This document shows, piece by piece, positions 27,409 to 32,137 of a stretch of 32,137 nt of DNA. The stretch's first letter is position 1; each line of letters starts with the position of its first letter. Source of the stretch: Sodaliphilus sp. GTDB taxonomy: Bacteria; Bacillota; Clostridia; Oscillospirales; Ruminococcaceae. The notes under the pieces are model-generated. The model worked only from the letters and a program-made list of their open reading frames with translations. It was not told the DNA's origin and did not search any database. Location: assembly GCA_963649995.1 (NCBI GenBank), contig CAVJKI010000001.1:4802-36938 (forward strand), given 5' to 3'. The translations under genes and the position numbers were made by a program.

Positions 27409-28995
27409 ATGAGTAAAATAAACGAAGCGGCTGAGGTTAAGGACACAGCGGCTGAGAATACAAAAGATACTGCCGTAGCTAAAAAAGACGACGGCGGTAA
27501 GACGAAAAAATCGCATAAAAATCCGTTTAAGAACAAGAAGCTGAAGTACGGCGGTCTGTCGATACTGTTTACTGTTATTTTCATAGTGGCAGTAGTGCTT
27601 GTAAATGTAATAATAACACTGCTCGGCGACAGATTTATGCCTGCGGCTGACCTTACGGATTCGGGACTTTACAGCATAGAGCAGTCAACGGTTGATTATC
27701 TTAAAACAGTAACAGACGAGGTTACGATCACGGTAACAAGCGAAGAATCCGCTTTCACGGGAGGAAGCACTTACTACTATCAGACAAATGAGATATTAAA
27801 GAAGATCGCTGCGGCAAATTCAAATATCACATTACAGTATATAGATGTTGTATCAAACCCCGGCTTTATAGCAAATTACACCGAAACCATAACATCAAAT
27901 GAAATTATGGTTGAAAGCAAGGCTACAAAGCGTGTGAAGGTCCTGACATACGAGGACTTCCTCAGCATAACCTATAACGAAACCTACCTCAACTATTACG
28001 GTATAAAGCAGCCCGAAAAGGTCGAGGCCAATGCAGAGCAGGCTGTAGTATCGGCTATCATGAATGTTACCGATACAGACCCTGTCAAGGTTGCGGTTAT
28101 AACAGGCTACGGGGAAACAGAAAATACTGTTTTACAGAGCCTGCTTGAAACAAACAGCTATGTTATCGAATCCGTTAACATTACGCTTACCGATAAGATA
28201 AGCGAGGATTATGACTTCGTATTCATATTCGGACCTGATAAGGATTATTCAGTTGCCGATATAAGCAAGCTTGATACATGGCTTGACAACGGCGGTAACT
28301 TCGGTAAAAACCTTATATATGTAAACAACCCCAAGCTTGGCGGTTCACCGAACCTTGACGGTCTGCTTGACCAGTGGGGCTTAAAGGTTGAAAAGGGTCT
28401 TACCTATCAGACCGACGAGAACTACACATACAGCGGCATGAACACATATCAGGTGCTTTCCGTACCCGATACGAATTTCAGCACATTTACAAACAGCTCG
28501 CCCGTACACGGCTATAACATGAGCGCAATTACGACCAAGTGGGAAAACGGCGGCTACGGAAATATGTCAACACAGTCGATTCTGGACACCTACGATGGTG
28601 CGGTTATAAAGCCTCAGGACAGCGGCGATAACTGGACACCCGACAGTGATACGGCGAGAAAGCAGTATTCGGTAATCATGCAGTCGGCTAAGACAAAGTA
28701 TGAAGGCACAACACCGTATACAAGCCGCATAGTTGCAATAGGCGGTATGGAATTCCTCAATACATCCTTCTTACAGACTGCGTCTGTAAACAACTCTCAG
28801 CTTATCATGAACATATTCAATGTAAGCTGTGACAAGGAAGAAGGAATCACGCTTACTCCCAAGTCTTACAATACAACGACATTTGAGATAACAGACGCTC
28901 AGAAGAACGGTCTTGTTATCGGATTTGTAATCGTTCTGCCCCTGATACTGATAGCGTTCGGTATCGTTATTTGGGTAAAGCGTCTGCATAAGTAA
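27409..28995 (+). CDS. GldG-like ABC accessory protein
   Basis: N- and C-terminal TM helices flank a large extracellular domain. Motifs DLTDSGLYSI, AEQAVVSAI, TGYGE, GPDKDY. Confidence 0.8.
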   Translation: MSKINEAAEVKDTAAENTKDTAVAKKDDGGKTKKSHKNPFKNKKLKYGGLSILFTVIFIVAVVLVNVIITLLGDRFMPAADLTDSGLYSIEQSTVDYLKTVTDEVTITVTSEESAFTGGSTYYYQTNEILKKIAAANSNITLQYIDVVSNPGFIANYTETITSNEIMVESKATKRVKVLTYEDFLSITYNETYLNYYGIKQPEKVEANAEQAVVSAIMNVTDTDPVKVAVITGYGETENTVLQSLLETNSYVIESVNITLTDKISEDYDFVFIFGPDKDYSVADISKLDTWLDNGGNFGKNLIYVNNPKLGGSPNLDGLLDQWGLKVEKGLTYQTDENYTYSGMNTYQVLSVPDTNFSTFTNSSPVHGYNMSAITTKWENGGYGNMSTQSILDTYDGAVIKPQDSGDNWTPDSDTARKQYSVIMQSAKTKYEGTTPYTSRIVAIGGMEFLNTSFLQTASVNNSQLIMNIFNVSCDKEEGITLTPKSYNTTTFEITDAQKNGLVIGFVIVLPLILIAFGIVIWVKRLHK

Positions 28996-29009
28996 GTGAA
29001 AGGTAAGCA

Positions 29010-30488
29010 ATGAAGAAAAACACTAAAATAATAATCGGCTCGGTTGTAGGTTTGGCAGTACTTGGTGCGGCAACGCTCGCACTTGTGCTGACACAGCCCG
29101 CTTCCGACACCGAAAGCTCGGATACATCGAGCGATTCAAAGGTAAGCATCACAGATTACCAGACAGACGATATTTCCACTCTCACTATCAAAAACGAAAG
29201 CGGAGAATATACGATCAACCGTCTGGGCAAAGAAAAGTGGGGCATTGATTCCATTCCCGAAGCGCTTGCAAACAGCAGCTCATATTCAACGGCCATGAGC
29301 AGTGCCGGAGGAATAAGCGCAAAGCAGATAGTTGAAGAAAATGCCGACGATCTTGCAAAGTACGGCTTTGATAACCCTACTGCAACGGTAAAAATGACAT
29401 TCAAGGATAACAAGGCTGAGGATATTACCTGTCTTGTCGGTATCAAGTATGAGGGTGAAAACTCATGGTATGTAAAGACCGATAAGAGCAACACCGTATA
29501 CCTTGTAGCAAATTCAGGCGTAAGCTTTGCTATGAAAACCGAATTATCCTATGTAAACACATCAACGCTTATCGCTTCATACGATTCCGAAAACGATACG
29601 GTGAACAGAGTGCGTATTCAGCGCAAGGATCTTGAAAAGGACATTGTTCTCGACAAGCTTCCCGAAGAAACGGAAAAGGAGTTCTCGTCAACCTATGTAG
29701 CTTATGAAATGTCAAGCCACAACGGTATACTTGCAGACGATGAGCTTGACAAGAACGTTATCTACGGCTTATATGCAATATCGGCATCTGACGTATTTGC
29801 GGTATCTCCCACAGATGAGCAGAAAAAGCAGGCAGGTCTTGACGCCCCCTACTGTACTGTTACCATGGTAAGCAATGAGGATACGGTTACTAAGCTGACG
29901 ATAGGTTCGGCTGTATATACAGTGACAAAGAACGAAGAAACAGGCGAGGAAATCAGAACTGTCACGGGCTACTACGGTATGCTCTCCGACAAGGACGCAA
30001 TTTATGTGTTCTCACCCGACAGCCTGCCGTGGCTTACGGTAACGCCCGAAAGTATACTTTACAAGCTGTTCCTTACACCTTATATCTACTATCTTGACGG
30101 TGTAACTATCTATGACAGCGACAGAAAGGCATACGACTTCACTATAACAGGCGATGCGGACGAGTCAAGCTTTACCTATGACGGTAAGGAAATTGATGCG
30201 TCGAAGTTCAAGACCTTCTATCAGTATCTGCTTTCAGCTTACGCAGAGCAGATTTATCTTGACGACCTGACCGATGATAACAAATTTATCGCAGGCGTAA
30301 CATACGACCACCGTGAAGAAGGCAAGGAGAACGATGTGATAGAGTTCTACTCAAGCGAAAGCGACAGAACCTGCATTATCGTTGTAAACGGTGATGTGCG
30401 TTATAAGGTAAGACAGATTTATGCAACAAGACTTGTTGAAAATCTCAATGCGCTCCTTAACGGCGGCGATATTGTATCAGAATTCTGA
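29010..30488 (+). CDS. DUF4340-like membrane-anchored extracellular protein
   Basis: N-terminal anchor, repeated LAKYGFDNP / QAGLDAP motifs, and the typical position after GldG. Confidence 0.75.
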   Translation: MKKNTKIIIGSVVGLAVLGAATLALVLTQPASDTESSDTSSDSKVSITDYQTDDISTLTIKNESGEYTINRLGKEKWGIDSIPEALANSSSYSTAMSSAGGISAKQIVEENADDLAKYGFDNPTATVKMTFKDNKAEDITCLVGIKYEGENSWYVKTDKSNTVYLVANSGVSFAMKTELSYVNTSTLIASYDSENDTVNRVRIQRKDLEKDIVLDKLPEETEKEFSSTYVAYEMSSHNGILADDELDKNVIYGLYAISASDVFAVSPTDEQKKQAGLDAPYCTVTMVSNEDTVTKLTIGSAVYTVTKNEETGEEIRTVTGYYGMLSDKDAIYVFSPDSLPWLTVTPESILYKLFLTPYIYYLDGVTIYDSDRKAYDFTITGDADESSFTYDGKEIDASKFKTFYQYLLSAYAEQIYLDDLTDDNKFIAGVTYDHREEGKENDVIEFYSSESDRTCIIVVNGDVRYKVRQIYATRLVENLNALLNGGDIVSEF

Positions 30489-30594
30489 TGCCGAAAGGCA
30501 TTTTAATGTAATGTGACGATAGGGGGCGGATCTTAAATCATGCACGGGATCTGTCCGTCACATACTGACCGTTAGTGCGACGGTGGAGGTTATT

Positions 30595-30873
30595 ATGACA
30601 GAGCAGGAATTTTTCACCTATAAAGGTCTTCCTCTTGTAAGGAAAGACAACACCATCTATTATGGCAATATGTCAGACAAATACGTTGCCATGCTGACTG
30701 TATTATCCACCCACAAGGTCAAGGATCTTGAAATAGCTGACAAAACAAGAGTTCAGCTTATGTCAACCGACCCGAAAACCCCTGCTACCGAGATAATCAC
30801 AAAGACAAGCGAAAGAGGCAGTCTTTACGAAGCTCTTGACGTAGCAAGTATATGGCTTTCAAAGAATAACTAA
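30595..30873 (+). CDS. Small hypothetical protein
   Basis: GGAGGT SD and ATG 30595, 92 aa, followed by a strong terminator. Confidence 0.75.
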   Translation: MTEQEFFTYKGLPLVRKDNTIYYGNMSDKYVAMLTVLSTHKVKDLEIADKTRVQLMSTDPKTPATEIITKTSERGSLYEALDVASIWLSKNN

Positions 30874-30915
30874 AAAGCAACTCCGCTGTAACCTCGTTAC
30901 AGCGGAGTTGCTTTT
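30873..30915. terminator. Bidirectional terminator (20-bp perfect inverted repeat)
   Basis: AAAAGCAACTCCGCTGTAAC-CTC-GTTACAGCGGAGTTGCTTTT. Confidence 0.88.
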
Positions 30916-30920
30916 ACAGT

Positions 30921-30951
30921 AAAATACCCCCGTGCCGTAAGCACGGGGGTA
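30921..30951 (-). terminator. Terminator of the minus-strand zinc-ribbon gene
   Basis: TACCCCCGTGC-CGTAA-GCACGGGGGTA. The A run at 30921-30924 gives the minus-strand U-tract. Confidence 0.75.
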
Positions 30952-30972
30952 AAGCATATCTGATACACTAAA

Positions 30973-31446
30973 TTACTTGATAAGTGAAATCTTGCCTATA
31001 AGGGGAAGCTCCTTAGCCTGACCCTGAGCGGCATTGATAATACCCATAATCATAAGTACAAGCTCAAATATAGATACCGCAACACCTAAGATAGGGCCTA
31101 AAACCCAGCCTATAAAAGGAATTATAGTGATAGTACCTGTTACTACAGAACCGGCTAAACCGAGCAGGAAAAGTACCAGACCCTGGTTTGTGTGAAAGCG
31201 TGCGAATCTTGAGTTAGGACAAGCGAGCAGGGGGATAAGGAACAGGATACCGATGTAAGCGAGTACCGACATACCCTTGTTGTTTGCAATGTCCTGGGGG
31301 TCGAACTGAGATGTTGTGTCGTTTGTGTTCATCATGTTGTTAACGAAGTTCTGTGCGTTCTGTGTGCCGCCTACGGGAGTGCCGCAGCTGGGGCAGTTGT
31401 TTGCTCCGTCGGGGAGCTGATTTCCGCATTTGTTGCAAAAAGCCAT
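30973..31446 (-). CDS. Zinc-ribbon plus DUF4870-like membrane protein
   Basis: MAFCNKCG...CPSCG, then hydrophobic LAYIGILFLIP, FHTNQGL, GIINAAQGQAKELPLIG. GGAGGT SD. Confidence 0.85.
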   Translation of the reverse strand: MAFCNKCGNQLPDGANNCPSCGTPVGGTQNAQNFVNNMMNTNDTTSQFDPQDIANNKGMSVLAYIGILFLIPLLACPNSRFARFHTNQGLVLFLLGLAGSVVTGTITIIPFIGWVLGPILGVAVSIFELVLMIMGIINAAQGQAKELPLIGKISLIK

Positions 31447-31645
31447 TGTTTTTTACCTCCGAATAGTATTCAAACATTCCGCAATTAGAATTATTCGGCA
31501 AAAAGCCGTTACTTAAATTATAAAACTAAAGTTACCAAAAGTCAACCGATTTCGCCGAAATTTAAGTAAAAATAAATTTTTTCAGATAAATTTGTTTTTC
31601 TGCTATGTGAAAACAGCGTTAAAGTGCCATAAATTATAAAAAATC

Positions 31646-31674
31646 TTGCAATCCGCTTAAATGTGTGATAGAAT
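31646..31674 (+). promoter_or_regulatory. Sigma-A-type promoter for the aminotransferase
   Basis: TTGCAA (31646-31651), 17-bp spacer, TAGAAT (31669-31674), with extended TGn. Confidence 0.65.
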
Positions 31675-31781
31675 AAAACTATTGTAACAGCGGCAGTCCC
31701 AATATGCCGCTCACCCATTACAAAATAAATGCAAGGAGGAAAGGTCATACCGTTTATGCGGCGGTAAGACCATATATAAAT

Positions 31782-32137
31782 ATGAACGCATTTTCATACA
31801 GAGTACAGACATTGCAGCCATCAGCAATAAGAGAGATACTTAAATTTACGGCAGATCCTGAGGTAATCAGCTTTGCGGCAGGTAATCCTGCTCCTGAGGC
31901 TTTCCCCACAGAGGAGATCGCCCGTATAACAAACGAGATACTTACAAATACGCCCATAGATGCCCTACAGTATTCAATCACAGAGGGCTATACACCGCTT
32001 CGTAACTGGATAAAGGCAGACCTTAAGAAAAAGGGTATGTTTGACGAGAATGACGAAGACGTTGTTATTACATCGGGCGCACAGCAGGCCATTGAAGTAG
32101 TAACCAAGGAGATATGCAATGAGGGTGACACGATTAT
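31782..32137 (+). CDS. PLP-dependent aminotransferase class I/II (2-aminoadipate transaminase-like), 3'-truncated
   Basis: Manual translation gives MNAFSYRVQTLQPSAIREILKFTADPEVISFAAGNPAPEAFP...ALQYSITEGYTPLR...VITSGAQQAI. It is absent from the ORF track because it runs off the window. Confidence 0.88.
   Translation, partial: MNAFSYRVQTLQPSAIREILKFTADPEVISFAAGNPAPEAFPTEEIARITNEILTNTPIDALQYSITEGYTPLRNWIKADLKKKGMFDENDEDVVITSGAQQAIEVVTKEICNEGDTI

Noticed and set aside
31754..31981. Minus-strand 75-aa ORF and the other short overlapping ORFs in the track
   Set aside because: They are shadow frames of well-supported genes, here the aminotransferase on the plus strand.

Overview
Chromosomal segment of a low-GC Gram-positive anaerobe; an Oscillospiraceae/Ruminococcaceae-like origin is inferred from gene content and sigma-A-type promoters. 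It contains the 3' end of a type IV pilus (T4P) cluster: a large truncated pilus-associated protein, two prepilins, an inverted prepilin peptidase with an unusual ~95-aa insertion, MshEN-containing PilB, and PilT. Next come dtd, an APH-fold kinase-like gene lacking its catalytic Asp, PBP1A and a THUMP RNA methyltransferase. A small AT-rich islet holds a secreted protein frameshifted at an A6 tract plus a membrane protein. An EAL-HDOD/PAS-GGDEF c-di-GMP pair follows, then the conserved rimP-nusA-ylxR-ylxQ-infB-rbfA-nrnA-truB-ribF operon, a GldA/F/G-like ABC system with a DUF4340-like protein, and the start of a PLP aminotransferase. The most striking unexplained structure is non-coding. Two related MITE-like elements (4095-4314 and 7773-8130) each have terminal inverted repeats and a duplicated palindromic target. 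Together they carry four copies of a ~66-bp two-hairpin module whose stems differ in sequence but keep base pairing; one copy is inverted. The first element lies between the pilD promoter and the pilD start codon.
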